NCBI GenBank assembly: GCA_017416155.1
Contig: JAFQDE010000010.1
Location: forward strand, 1,476 to 65,475
DNA: 64,000 bases
Source of the DNA: Tyzzerella sp.
Lineage (GTDB): Bacteria; Bacillota; Clostridia; Lachnospirales; Lachnospiraceae
Direction: 5' to 3'
Shown here: piece after piece, positions 10,057 through 18,350 of the stretch
Numbering within the stretch: position 1 is the stretch's first letter
Layout of the letters: each line of letters begins with the position of its first letter
Notes under the pieces: model-generated
Told to the model about the DNA's origin: nothing
The model's database searches: none
What the model saw: the letters and a program-made list of their open reading frames with translations, nothing else
Program-made: the position numbers and the translations under genes

Positions 10057-11928
10057 TTATAAAGCGATAATCTCTCTTATAACCGCGAAAATTTTTAAAA
10101 ACTCAGTAAAATCGAATTTTCGTTCATTGCTAGCATCATCTAAAACCATCTGTACAAAATCCTCTTTTGACAATGCTATAGATTGTTTGAATTCTGGATC
10201 ATCTTTTAAACTATACACTTTTTCATCTATAATGCCGTTTACCTTTACTTTGTTTTGTATCCCCTTAAATCTCGTTTGATATTTTTGGCATCTGCTAATT
10301 CCACTATCATAGAATTCCTCACCCAAAAATAATCTTCGTCCATTTTTATCTGCCATCAACAGTTGCTCTTTTTTATAATAATGTTCTATAGAAGTATATG
10401 TCCCATAAATTTCCTCATTTACCATTGGAATAGAAAAAGCATAAATGTTCTTTGATATTTGCACGTAAGATGAACCGTCTTTGGAAGTGGATTTAGATAT
10501 ATCTGCATTGTCTCTATCAAACATGCCAATTATTTTTCTATTCGGAGAAATAATTGAAAATTGATTTAACATTTTTATTAAAGTTTCATCACCCATTGTA
10601 TCTTCATATTCATAAAACTCTACTGCCAAATCATTTATACCCAATGCTTTCATTGCAACCTTCAAATGTTTCCAATCAGTTTTACCTTCTGTTATTACTA
10701 AAGGTTTGGTCGACGCTTCCATATCCGACACGAGTTTATGATATTTCTTCGCAAATTGTTCGTTTTCTGATACAAGAATCTGATACACTTCTTCAAACAA
10801 ATCATTACTCTGCGGTTTACAGGATAGGCCACCATTATCCATATCATATATCGAATAGGAAACTTCTTTTTCACTAGAAAATCCTAAATTCAAAAATGGA
10901 GAATGCGAAGTCAGAATAAACTGTACATTCGGAAATAATTTGATTAATTTTGGCAATACATCCTTTTGCATTTTTATATGTAGGTGTTTATCTATTTCAT
11001 CTACTAAAACAATTCCTTTCACTTTATCAAATGTCGTACTTAATCTATCTGCTTGTCTGATTATTTCGCAAAACAGACCTATTAATGCTAGTTCACCAGA
11101 GGACATATTAAATATGGACGGATATATCCATTCCCCATCCGATTGTTTTACAATTTGTATACGTGTTGCACCATTCTGACGAGGTCCTATTCCTAATCTG
11201 ACTGGTGTGTTAACCTTTGTTGCTAACAAGGTCGTAAAGATTCTATTTAGTTGAACAATCATATTACGTGTCTCATCTTCATATAATGAACTATCTAAAA
11301 TAATGTCCATTATCCAATTGGCAATTTCAGGTATACCTGATGTTACCTCAATCGGGTTTATAAGATATCCTGTGAATTCTGAATCTTTCTTAAAATTGAG
11401 CGATATGGTATATGGGTCATTCAGATATCCTGGTTGCTCATATCGATATGCTGGAAAATATGTCAATATATTTTGCTCAAAAAATTTAGTTATCTCTACT
11501 GTTTCAGATATATTGAAGTATTTTAATACATTACGCGTTTTCATTCTATTTTTTATTTCTGCATAAGGAATCGCATTCTTAATCTGCAATGAATTGTTAT
11601 ACTCTTCCTCATCATTAAGGAGTCTCATGTCTATATAGTCTATAATTTTACCAGCATTTTCAAACCGTAAATATACAAAAGAATTTTTACTTGGATCCAT
11701 CATTGTGAGATTAGACGAAACTCGATAAAACTTACTACTAACTCCTTCAAACTCATTTGAGAAAGCTTTCTTTGCTAACTCATAAAATGCATCTGTCACA
11801 TATGAAAGAATAGTGGTCTTTCCAGCACCATTAATACCAGAAAAGATAGATATATTAGCATCACCTAAAGATATCTTTAAATTTTCAAATGGTGCCCTAT
11901 TATAAAACTGAAATTCTATCAATCGCAT
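10057..11928 (-). CDS. ABC/AAA_21-type ATPase fused to a C-terminal TOPRIM domain (OLD/PARIS-like architecture)
   Basis: Walker A GINGAGKT, signature MSSGE, Walker B VLVDEIDKHLH, H-loop TSHSP; TOPRIM motifs ITEGKTD, MFDRD and IEHYY. Confidence 0.8.
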   Translation of the reverse strand: MRLIEFQFYNRAPFENLKISLGDANISIFSGINGAGKTTILSYVTDAFYELAKKAFSNEFEGVSSKFYRVSSNLTMMDPSKNSFVYLRFENAGKIIDYIDMRLLNDEEEYNNSLQIKNAIPYAEIKNRMKTRNVLKYFNISETVEITKFFEQNILTYFPAYRYEQPGYLNDPYTISLNFKKDSEFTGYLINPIEVTSGIPEIANWIMDIILDSSLYEDETRNMIVQLNRIFTTLLATKVNTPVRLGIGPRQNGATRIQIVKQSDGEWIYPSIFNMSSGELALIGLFCEIIRQADRLSTTFDKVKGIVLVDEIDKHLHIKMQKDVLPKLIKLFPNVQFILTSHSPFLNLGFSSEKEVSYSIYDMDNGGLSCKPQSNDLFEEVYQILVSENEQFAKKYHKLVSDMEASTKPLVITEGKTDWKHLKVAMKALGINDLAVEFYEYEDTMGDETLIKMLNQFSIISPNRKIIGMFDRDNADISKSTSKDGSSYVQISKNIYAFSIPMVNEEIYGTYTSIEHYYKKEQLLMADKNGRRLFLGEEFYDSGISRCQKYQTRFKGIQNKVKVNGIIDEKVYSLKDDPEFKQSIALSKEDFVQMVLDDASNERKFDFTEFLKIFAVIREIIAL

Positions 11929-11947
11929 ATAAATCTCTCCTTTTATC

Positions 11948-12649
11948 TTATTCTGTAAACTTATTTTTTTCTTCCATCGGCAAATACTTCACTAGTTCTT
12001 CCACCAACTCATACACCTTTGTTCCCGGTGCAATTTCCGTCGGTGTTTTTCCCTCATGTTCTTTTATAATTCGTTTCGCATATCGAATTGCTAACTTTGG
12101 ATTCCCCTTATCTAAAAGAATATCAAAAATGTCTTTCATATTCTTCTGATATTTGCCGATTCCCAACTCTCGAAACTTATCATTCAGAAAAGAGATATAC
12201 TCTGCTCGATGATTATTCGAAGTGTAGTAGGCAAAATGCAGCATGAACCAAAATTCTATGCATTCGTTACTCCATCCTGCATGATACTGCAATTCTGGAT
12301 TTTCCTTATTAAGGCTATCAATTCTTTCCACCACACCATTGAAACGCTCTGGGGGGAAACTATCCTTATCATATAGACACCAAACTTGCCCTTTTCTAAC
12401 ATTGTTTGCTTTAACATATTCCTCTGCCTTACCAATGACACGCATAGTTTCTGCTTGACATGGTTCAATCTCAATCAAAACCATATCCTTATATACTGGG
12501 TTCTCTTCAATTAACTTTTTAAACCCTTCAAAATATAATGGTTCTGTCTGTTGACCTTCACAGAAAATGTAGTAACGATATTTCTTCAGTTCCAAATGTT
12601 CTTGTCGACGTTTCTTTTTCCATTTCTCCATTCCGGCTTTTTTAGGCAT
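11948..12649 (-). CDS. rloB: RloB-family protein (TOPRIM-like)
   Basis: IFCEGQQTEPLYF, VWCLYDKD, SNECIEFWFMLHF and PGTKVYELVEEL motifs; overlaps the upstream ATPase stop. Confidence 0.85.
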   Translation of the reverse strand: MPKKAGMEKWKKKRRQEHLELKKYRYYIFCEGQQTEPLYFEGFKKLIEENPVYKDMVLIEIEPCQAETMRVIGKAEEYVKANNVRKGQVWCLYDKDSFPPERFNGVVERIDSLNKENPELQYHAGWSNECIEFWFMLHFAYYTSNNHRAEYISFLNDKFRELGIGKYQKNMKDIFDILLDKGNPKLAIRYAKRIIKEHEGKTPTEIAPGTKVYELVEELVKYLPMEEKNKFTE

Positions 12650-13865
12650 TGATTTTCCCCCAATCTATAATTCTTTTGAGGTATGGGTCAGCACCGTACT
12701 TACCTTCAAGATATTGTTTATCAAATTTGGCATCCTTTCGCACAGATTCACCCTTTTCGTTCTTGAATTCTACAAGTGAATAAAGCTTTGAATTTTCTGC
12801 TTTCCCCTTTGCCACAAACCAGATTTCATCTCTTCTAAACACCTCACTGTTCATAGTTGATAAATCATGTGATGTGAATATCAGTTGTGCGTTATTCTTA
12901 TTCACATTCAAATCTGTAAACATATTTATGATATGTTTCAGTAGAATCGGATGTATCTTAGCATCTAATTCATCTATTACAAGAACATTGCCCTCTATCA
13001 AACTGGTTGCGATGAACGGTAAAAGCCCAAACAACTTTCTCGTACCACTAGACTCTTCTTCAAGATCAAGTTCTTCTTCATATCCATCCACAAAATGCTT
13101 GGTATAAACATCAAATCTATTTTCGTTTTCTTCCACACGAAAATTAACAATGTTCAAATCCATTTCTTGTATCATCTGCAGCATTAACTGTTTGATGTTT
13201 TTCGTGTGTTCCACTGCCACTACCAATTCTTGTATTGGATTGCCATAATTCAAGAAATCAATTCCTTCATCAAACCATTCCAATACATCCCTTACTACCT
13301 CGTTTTTACTATATGCGATTCCCAAATACGATAAAAATGGCAAAGTGTCTGACAGTTCATCACTAGCTGTCAATTTTGTGAAATCCCCTTTTAACTCGAT
13401 ATTATTATTATCTCGTTCAAAAAGACCCGAACGTCTTTTAGTACTTAACTTAACTCGATCAAGACTTTCATACACAACTTTTTCTTTCTTGACATACAAT
13501 TGATATCTATACTCTGCTAGTTTTGTACGGAAAAAGATTTCAAACTCTGTTGGTGCATTCTTGTTTTCCTCTGTAAACTTAAATGGTTCGATATTTACGT
13601 TTTTGCGAAACATTAATATGCCTGCGTTATTTGTAGATGCATAAAGCGGACGCAATACCTTACCTACTAATGTTTGTAAAGCCTTTAACACATTTGACTT
13701 GCCACCACCATTCGGACCATATAGTGCAGAAACCGGCAAAAATTCTTCACCGTCTATATCTCTGATTACTTTATCTTCATGTTCTGAAATAGAGGTTGCT
13801 TGCATATCAAACGTCACTTCATCACGAATACTTTTATAATTTTTAACTGTAAATTGGCATAACAT
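12642..13865 (-). CDS. AAA_21 ABC-type ATPase (RloA/AbiL-associated)
   Basis: FTVKNYKSI, YGPNGGGKSN, ESSGT, VIDELDAKIHP, FTSHD, YLEGKYGADP. Confidence 0.85.
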   Translation of the reverse strand: MLCQFTVKNYKSIRDEVTFDMQATSISEHEDKVIRDIDGEEFLPVSALYGPNGGGKSNVLKALQTLVGKVLRPLYASTNNAGILMFRKNVNIEPFKFTEENKNAPTEFEIFFRTKLAEYRYQLYVKKEKVVYESLDRVKLSTKRRSGLFERDNNNIELKGDFTKLTASDELSDTLPFLSYLGIAYSKNEVVRDVLEWFDEGIDFLNYGNPIQELVVAVEHTKNIKQLMLQMIQEMDLNIVNFRVEENENRFDVYTKHFVDGYEEELDLEEESSGTRKLFGLLPFIATSLIEGNVLVIDELDAKIHPILLKHIINMFTDLNVNKNNAQLIFTSHDLSTMNSEVFRRDEIWFVAKGKAENSKLYSLVEFKNEKGESVRKDAKFDKQYLEGKYGADPYLKRIIDWGKINA

Positions 13866-13997
13866 AATTGTTACCTCCATTTTGTTTCTCTTTTCAATAA
13901 CTATTATACTCTATTTTTGAATTTTGTAAACTGTATTTGAGATTTTTTCTCATAAATTCATTTGAAATATCACAAATAAAAAATTAGACCAAAATTA

Positions 13998-14026
13998 GGC
14001 GTGTAATACTCAACGTATTGCACGCC
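13998..14026 (-). terminator. Hairpin after the DUF6870-like ORF
   Basis: GGCGTGTAATAC-N5-GTATTGCACGCC. Confidence 0.5.
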
Positions 14027-14044
14027 CATAAAGTACGATTATTA

Positions 14045-14281
14045 TCAGGTTGAAGAAACCATAATGCCAAAGATATCATTGATACTTTCTCCATCCGAAT
14101 ATTTATTCTGAACCACAATATCCCCCCTACGATGAACATACCAATTAATATTGTTGTTTAAGAGATAGTTCAGCAATTCTTCAACACTATTTGTTTCTGG
14201 GATATTAATCTCTCTCATATCTACCAAGTCTTCTTTGACAACAGTTTTACAATCTACTTTTTTCATCTCTTCTAGTGTCAT
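14045..14281 (-). CDS. Small DUF6870-like protein (family usually found beside recombinase genes of integrative elements)
   Basis: MTLEEMKKVDCKTVVKEDLVDMREINI pattern; GGAGG RBS; family recognised from memory. Confidence 0.55.
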   Translation of the reverse strand: MTLEEMKKVDCKTVVKEDLVDMREINIPETNSVEELLNYLLNNNINWYVHRRGDIVVQNKYSDGESINDIFGIMVSST

Positions 14282-14303
14282 TATTATTTCCTCCATAAAA
14301 ATA

Positions 14304-14323
14304 GGGGAATCAAACGACTCCCC
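14304..14323 (-). terminator. Terminator at the end of the reconstituted spoIIID
   Basis: Minus strand GGGGAGTC-GTTT-GATTCCCC then TATTTTT. Confidence 0.55.
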
Positions 14324-14585
14324 ACCAATTCTTTTTCTCCATATGTAAATATTTCTCTTTAGTTGCAAGGCCACCACGTATATGTCTCTCTGACTTATTA
14401 ATATCTAAAACTTTACGTACCTCTGCAGCCAAAGTTGGATTGATGGCTGGCAATCTGTCTTGACAATCCTTGTGTACGGTTGATTTGCTAATGCCAAATG
14501 CCTTGGCTGTTTGCCTCACTGTTGCGTTATTCTCTATGATATAATAGGCAATTTCAATTGCTCGTTCCTCAATGTAATCCCTCAT
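14310..14585 (-). CDS. spoIIID: Sporulation transcription factor SpoIIID (chromosomal 5' half plus islet-borne 3' half)
   Basis: ATVRQTAKAFGISKSTVHKD HTH and NKSERHIRGGLATKEKY. Confidence 0.95.
   Translation of the reverse strand: MRDYIEERAIEIAYYIIENNATVRQTAKAFGISKSTVHKDCQDRLPAINPTLAAEVRKVLDINKSERHIRGGLATKEKYLHMEKKNWWGVV
14460..14475 (-). repeat. Putative att junction within spoIIID
   Basis: Minus strand ACACAAGGATTGTCAA, centred on codons H38-D40. Confidence 0.6.
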
Positions 14586-14640
14586 AAAACCCCTGCATAA
14601 ATCACTTTTTTACAATCTATGCAGGGAAATTATAAGTTAT

Positions 14641-15303
14641 TCACAAAGTTTCCCGGATAATTTCCACAGGCGCAGAATCTTCTGTGCATACAGAAATCAT
14701 GTGTCCTTTCCATTCCACTGAATACAGATAGCATGTCTGCATGTTTCCATCTCGAAGTACCTTTGCATAACCATCGCCACCTGACAATATACAATCTTTA
14801 TCAACTACCACCTCATACGCCTCAAATCGCAATCCCATACCTTCTCCAGTCATCTTGACATAGCTTTCCTTCATTGTCCATAATTCAAAAAATTTATGGT
14901 TGTATTCCCCTTCAGAGAACTGGCTCAGATACGCTTGCTCACCATCAGAAAAGCACCTCTCCGACACACCCTTCGGTGCCTCGCGAAGTTTCTCTATATC
15001 ACAGCCAACAGGCTTGTCGCTAACTACACAGATAACTAAATCACCTGAATGAGACAAGTTGAATTCAAGTCCTTCGACCATAGGTTTTCCGTGTTCCCCC
15101 ACATACACCTGCGAATCTTGCATATGATAAAGGGCTAGGACTTTCTGTAACAAAAGTCCTACCCCCATACTTTGTCTTCTGCCTTTTTCTTGTTTCAGAT
15201 TATGAATCCGCTGTTGCCTGTCCATGGGAAGTCTATGTAACAACTCCAAATTCGACATCGGATCCGGCAGATTTGATATATCTGCCACATATATCTTTAC
15301 CAT
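14641..15303 (-). CDS. Sfp-type 4'-phosphopantetheinyl transferase
   Basis: HGKP, FNLSHSG, VGCDIE, WTMKESYVK. Confidence 0.9.
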   Translation of the reverse strand: MVKIYVADISNLPDPMSNLELLHRLPMDRQQRIHNLKQEKGRRQSMGVGLLLQKVLALYHMQDSQVYVGEHGKPMVEGLEFNLSHSGDLVICVVSDKPVGCDIEKLREAPKGVSERCFSDGEQAYLSQFSEGEYNHKFFELWTMKESYVKMTGEGMGLRFEAYEVVVDKDCILSGGDGYAKVLRDGNMQTCYLYSVEWKGHMISVCTEDSAPVEIIRETL

Positions 15304-15304
15304 A

Positions 15305-16357
15305 CTATTTCTCTTTATCTTCTTTTGGTTCTACTTGTACACAGTTATCTACCAAGAAGTTACCCACTTTCTCTTGAAGTAAAGCCTCACGAATGGTATC
15401 TTCACCATATGCTTTTACAAATTCGTCTTCTTTATCTTGGTAACCATATTGTTCTGCAAGTTCTTTGACACCTGCCTCATATGCCTTATCGTCAATAGTC
15501 AATCCCTCTTTTTCTGCAATAAGTGCAATTGCAAGTTGCTGTGTCACTGTATTCTTTGCCATTTCTTTTGCACTCATTCCCATTATCTGTGTAAAGAATT
15601 GGTCAATATCCATTCCGTACATCTGTGCATAGTATGAATACTGCTGTTTCATATTGTTTTCGTACTCGTCAACTTTTCCTTCCGGATATTTCTTTACTTC
15701 ACAGTTTTTAATCAGAGCTTCCCACACGGAATTTAAAAGAGTGGTCTCTGCAGATTCCTTATTTGATTTCTCCAAATTTGCTTTAACCTGCGCCTTGTAT
15801 TCTTCAACAGTCTTTGCTTCTGTACCCAATTTTTCCAAAATATCATCTGTAAGCTCCGGTACATTTTTTTCCTTAAGACTCTTTAATGTAACTGTAAATA
15901 CAACATCTTTGCCTGCTAAATCAGCACTTCCATAATTTTCCGGGAATGTAAGGTTAAGGTCAAATTTTTCACCAATGTTATGTCCTACGATACCATCTTC
16001 AAATCCATCAATAAATGTTTTAGAACCGAGTTCCAACTCATAATCCGTTCCTACTCCGCCTTCAAATGCAACTCCATCTTTCTTGCCTTCAAAGTCGATG
16101 ATTGCAATATCACCAAGTTTTGCTGCACGACCTGTCACGTCTGTTTTTGTAGCGAGTATTTCAAGGTCTGACTTAATACTCATCTCTACATCTTCATCTG
16201 TTACAGTAATTTCCTGTACCTTATCAATTTCCAATCCTTTATATTTTTTAATTGTAATATTATCGTTGGAAAGTGCCCCCTTAGTTTCTCCGGCACAACC
16301 TCCAAGCAACGCAAGTGCACATACGCCTGCAATAATTGTAATTAATTTCTTTTTCAT
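15305..16357 (-). CDS. Trigger-factor-like FKBP peptidyl-prolyl isomerase lipoprotein
   Basis: Lipobox LLGG-C; IDFEG..FEGG, LGSKTFIDGFEDGIVG, FPENY motifs; no ribosome-binding GFRxG motif. Confidence 0.8.
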   Translation of the reverse strand: MKKKLITIIAGVCALALLGGCAGETKGALSNDNITIKKYKGLEIDKVQEITVTDEDVEMSIKSDLEILATKTDVTGRAAKLGDIAIIDFEGKKDGVAFEGGVGTDYELELGSKTFIDGFEDGIVGHNIGEKFDLNLTFPENYGSADLAGKDVVFTVTLKSLKEKNVPELTDDILEKLGTEAKTVEEYKAQVKANLEKSNKESAETTLLNSVWEALIKNCEVKKYPEGKVDEYENNMKQQYSYYAQMYGMDIDQFFTQIMGMSAKEMAKNTVTQQLAIALIAEKEGLTIDDKAYEAGVKELAEQYGYQDKEDEFVKAYGEDTIREALLQEKVGNFLVDNCVQVEPKEDKEK

Positions 16358-16499
16358 AGTCTTTCTCCGTTTCTATTAAATTTCGTAATACCCCTCTAGT
16401 ATAACACATTTTTTTCATTTGAAAAGTATTTCTCTTGCACTAAATGTAAAAGAATGATAAAATAGTCTCATTATGTAGAAAGTTTTTAGGAGGTTTGAC

Positions 16500-16943
16500 G
16501 TGACAACAGGAACAATCATATTAATTATAATCATTTTAGTTGTAATTGCAGCATTTGTTGCATTGTATTTTATTTCAAAGAAAGCTCAAAAGAGACAAGA
16601 AGAGACTGAACAACAGATGAAAGCATCTGCGCAGACACTTGCGATGTTGATTATCGACAAGAAGAAAATGAAGATGAAAGAATCAGGACTTCCAGCTGTT
16701 GCTATTGAGAACACTCCAAAATATCTTCGCGGAATGAAGGTACCGGTTGTTAAAGCAAAGGTTGGTCCTAGAGTTATGACTCTTCTCTGCGATGAGAAGG
16801 TATTCCAAATCATTCCTGTAAAGAAGGAAGTAAAAGCTGTTGTAAGCGGACTTTACATAACAGATGTAAAGGGTCTCAGAGGTCCACTTGAAGTACCAAA
16901 AAAAGGGAAAAAAGGTCTCTTTGGAAGAAAGAAAAATAAATAA
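16500..16943 (+). CDS. Conserved single-TM basic hypothetical protein
   Basis: GTG start after AGGAGG; N-terminal TM. Confidence 0.7.
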   Translation: MTTGTIILIIIILVVIAAFVALYFISKKAQKRQEETEQQMKASAQTLAMLIIDKKKMKMKESGLPAVAIENTPKYLRGMKVPVVKAKVGPRVMTLLCDEKVFQIIPVKKEVKAVVSGLYITDVKGLRGPLEVPKKGKKGLFGRKKNK

Positions 16944-16951
16944 CAACACAA

Positions 16952-16985
16952 AAGAGCTTGGAAATCACGAAATTTCCAAGCTCTT
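16952..16985. terminator. Bidirectional terminator
   Basis: AAGAGCTTGGAAAT...ATTTCCAAGCTCTT. Confidence 0.75.
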
Positions 16986-17006
16986 ATTTTTAACTTTATC
17001 TCTGTT

Positions 17007-17483
17007 CTAAAATGTCATCTTCTCGTGTATCGAAAACTCCTTAGAGTCTCTCGGTTTGACATTAATTCGTATCGTGCAATCCGCCAATAGTTCATAATTC
17101 ACATCTAATGTATATTCCGCACGAATGTTGATATTGTCTTTCTTTTCATCCACCACAATCTTGCTTGTGCAGATGCCAAGATTTAACTCCCCCATCGGTG
17201 TTCGGTAAATGCAACGGTTTATCTTCCCTTTTTCAAACACCATATGCATATTGGAAACACCTTTTTTTATTACTTCTAAGGTTTCTCTTCCTGTTAACCG
17301 AATCTGTGTTTTCGTAACTCCCGGAATCCCTTCTGCCACCTCTTCAAAGAAGATATAATGTTTCCCATCTTTAAGGTAGTAAGTACCAGCGCTAACAACT
17401 TCAATTGGCTCATCGTCATTACTCTCCATTTCGTTTACGGCCATTTGAAGACCGGAAATACTCACCAATACATCTTTCGTCAT
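17007..17483 (-). CDS. DUF1934-family protein
   Basis: GTYYLKDGKHYIFFEE and YRTPMG motifs; follows murI. Confidence 0.75.
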   Translation of the reverse strand: MTKDVLVSISGLQMAVNEMESNDDEPIEVVSAGTYYLKDGKHYIFFEEVAEGIPGVTKTQIRLTGRETLEVIKKGVSNMHMVFEKGKINRCIYRTPMGELNLGICTSKIVVDEKKDNINIRAEYTLDVNYELLADCTIRINVKPRDSKEFSIHEKMTF

Positions 17484-17491
17484 ATCATCAC

Positions 17492-18319
17492 CTAGTATTC
17501 TTCTATGTTAATCTGCTTTGTGGTCTCTATGTCATACGGCAAGATTGAATTCGCAAACTGCTTGAATTTGTCGGCCGCATCGCTGACATAGAATGAGTAG
17601 GAACCATGGTCTCCCTCTACATCCGGATTCTCCATATCCTGTTCCTCTAAAATCAATTTGAGATCCATAGCCGTCTCATACGCAGGATTAACCAAAGTGA
17701 TTTTCTCACCTACATACTCGCGAATTTTGGAGCGAAGAAGCGGATAATGGGTACATCCCAAAATCAAAGCATCAATATCTGTCTCCTTGAATGAAGAAAG
17801 ATAATAATCGATAATCTCGTCTGTGACATGATGCTTTTTAAAACCTTCCTCAACCAATGGCACGAAAAGCGGACAAGCCTTCGCCACCACTGATACATCT
17901 GGCTCAATTTCTTGAATAATCTTCTCATACATGGCACTTCGCACAGTCGCTTCTGTTCCGATGACACCGATTTTCTTTGTCTCTGTAACTGCAAGTGCAG
18001 CTCTTGCACCCGGTTCTACCACACCGATAATCGGAATATCAAACTCATCTTTAACTGCATCGAGCGCCAATGCACTTGCCGTATTACAGGCAATCACTAT
18101 TGCTTTGACACCTTTTGTCTGCAGAAAATGAATAATCTGTTTGGAATAGCGAATGATATTATCTTTTGATTTGCTACCATATGGAACACGCGCTGTATCA
18201 CCAAAATAAACAATGTCTTCATTTGGCAAGTTACGCATAATCTCTCTGGCTACTGTAAGACCGCCCACACCGGAATCAAACACACCGATTGGCGCTGTCT
18301 TTTTCACATTCATTCCCAA
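17492..18319 (-). CDS. murI: Glutamate racemase
   Basis: FDSGVGGLTV, ACNTAS, LGCTHYP. Confidence 0.97.
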   Translation of the reverse strand: MGMNVKKTAPIGVFDSGVGGLTVAREIMRNLPNEDIVYFGDTARVPYGSKSKDNIIRYSKQIIHFLQTKGVKAIVIACNTASALALDAVKDEFDIPIIGVVEPGARAALAVTETKKIGVIGTEATVRSAMYEKIIQEIEPDVSVVAKACPLFVPLVEEGFKKHHVTDEIIDYYLSSFKETDIDALILGCTHYPLLRSKIREYVGEKITLVNPAYETAMDLKLILEEQDMENPDVEGDHGSYSFYVSDAADKFKQFANSILPYDIETTKQINIEEY

Positions 18320-18350
18320 AATACTTTTCTCCTTTTACTGTACTTAGCAA

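Larger units (their letters stand above)
9961..14475. mobile_element. Integrated, recombinase-less defence islet in spoIIID
   Basis: Flanked by the two spoIIID 3' halves with related junction sequences (ACACAAG..GAT); visibly AT-richer than the flanks; cargo of ATPase/TOPRIM genes and a DUF6870-like ORF. Confidence 0.8.

Noticed and set aside
10057-14045. Retron or Gabija system
   Set aside because: No reverse transcriptase (YADD) or UvrD partner in the islet.
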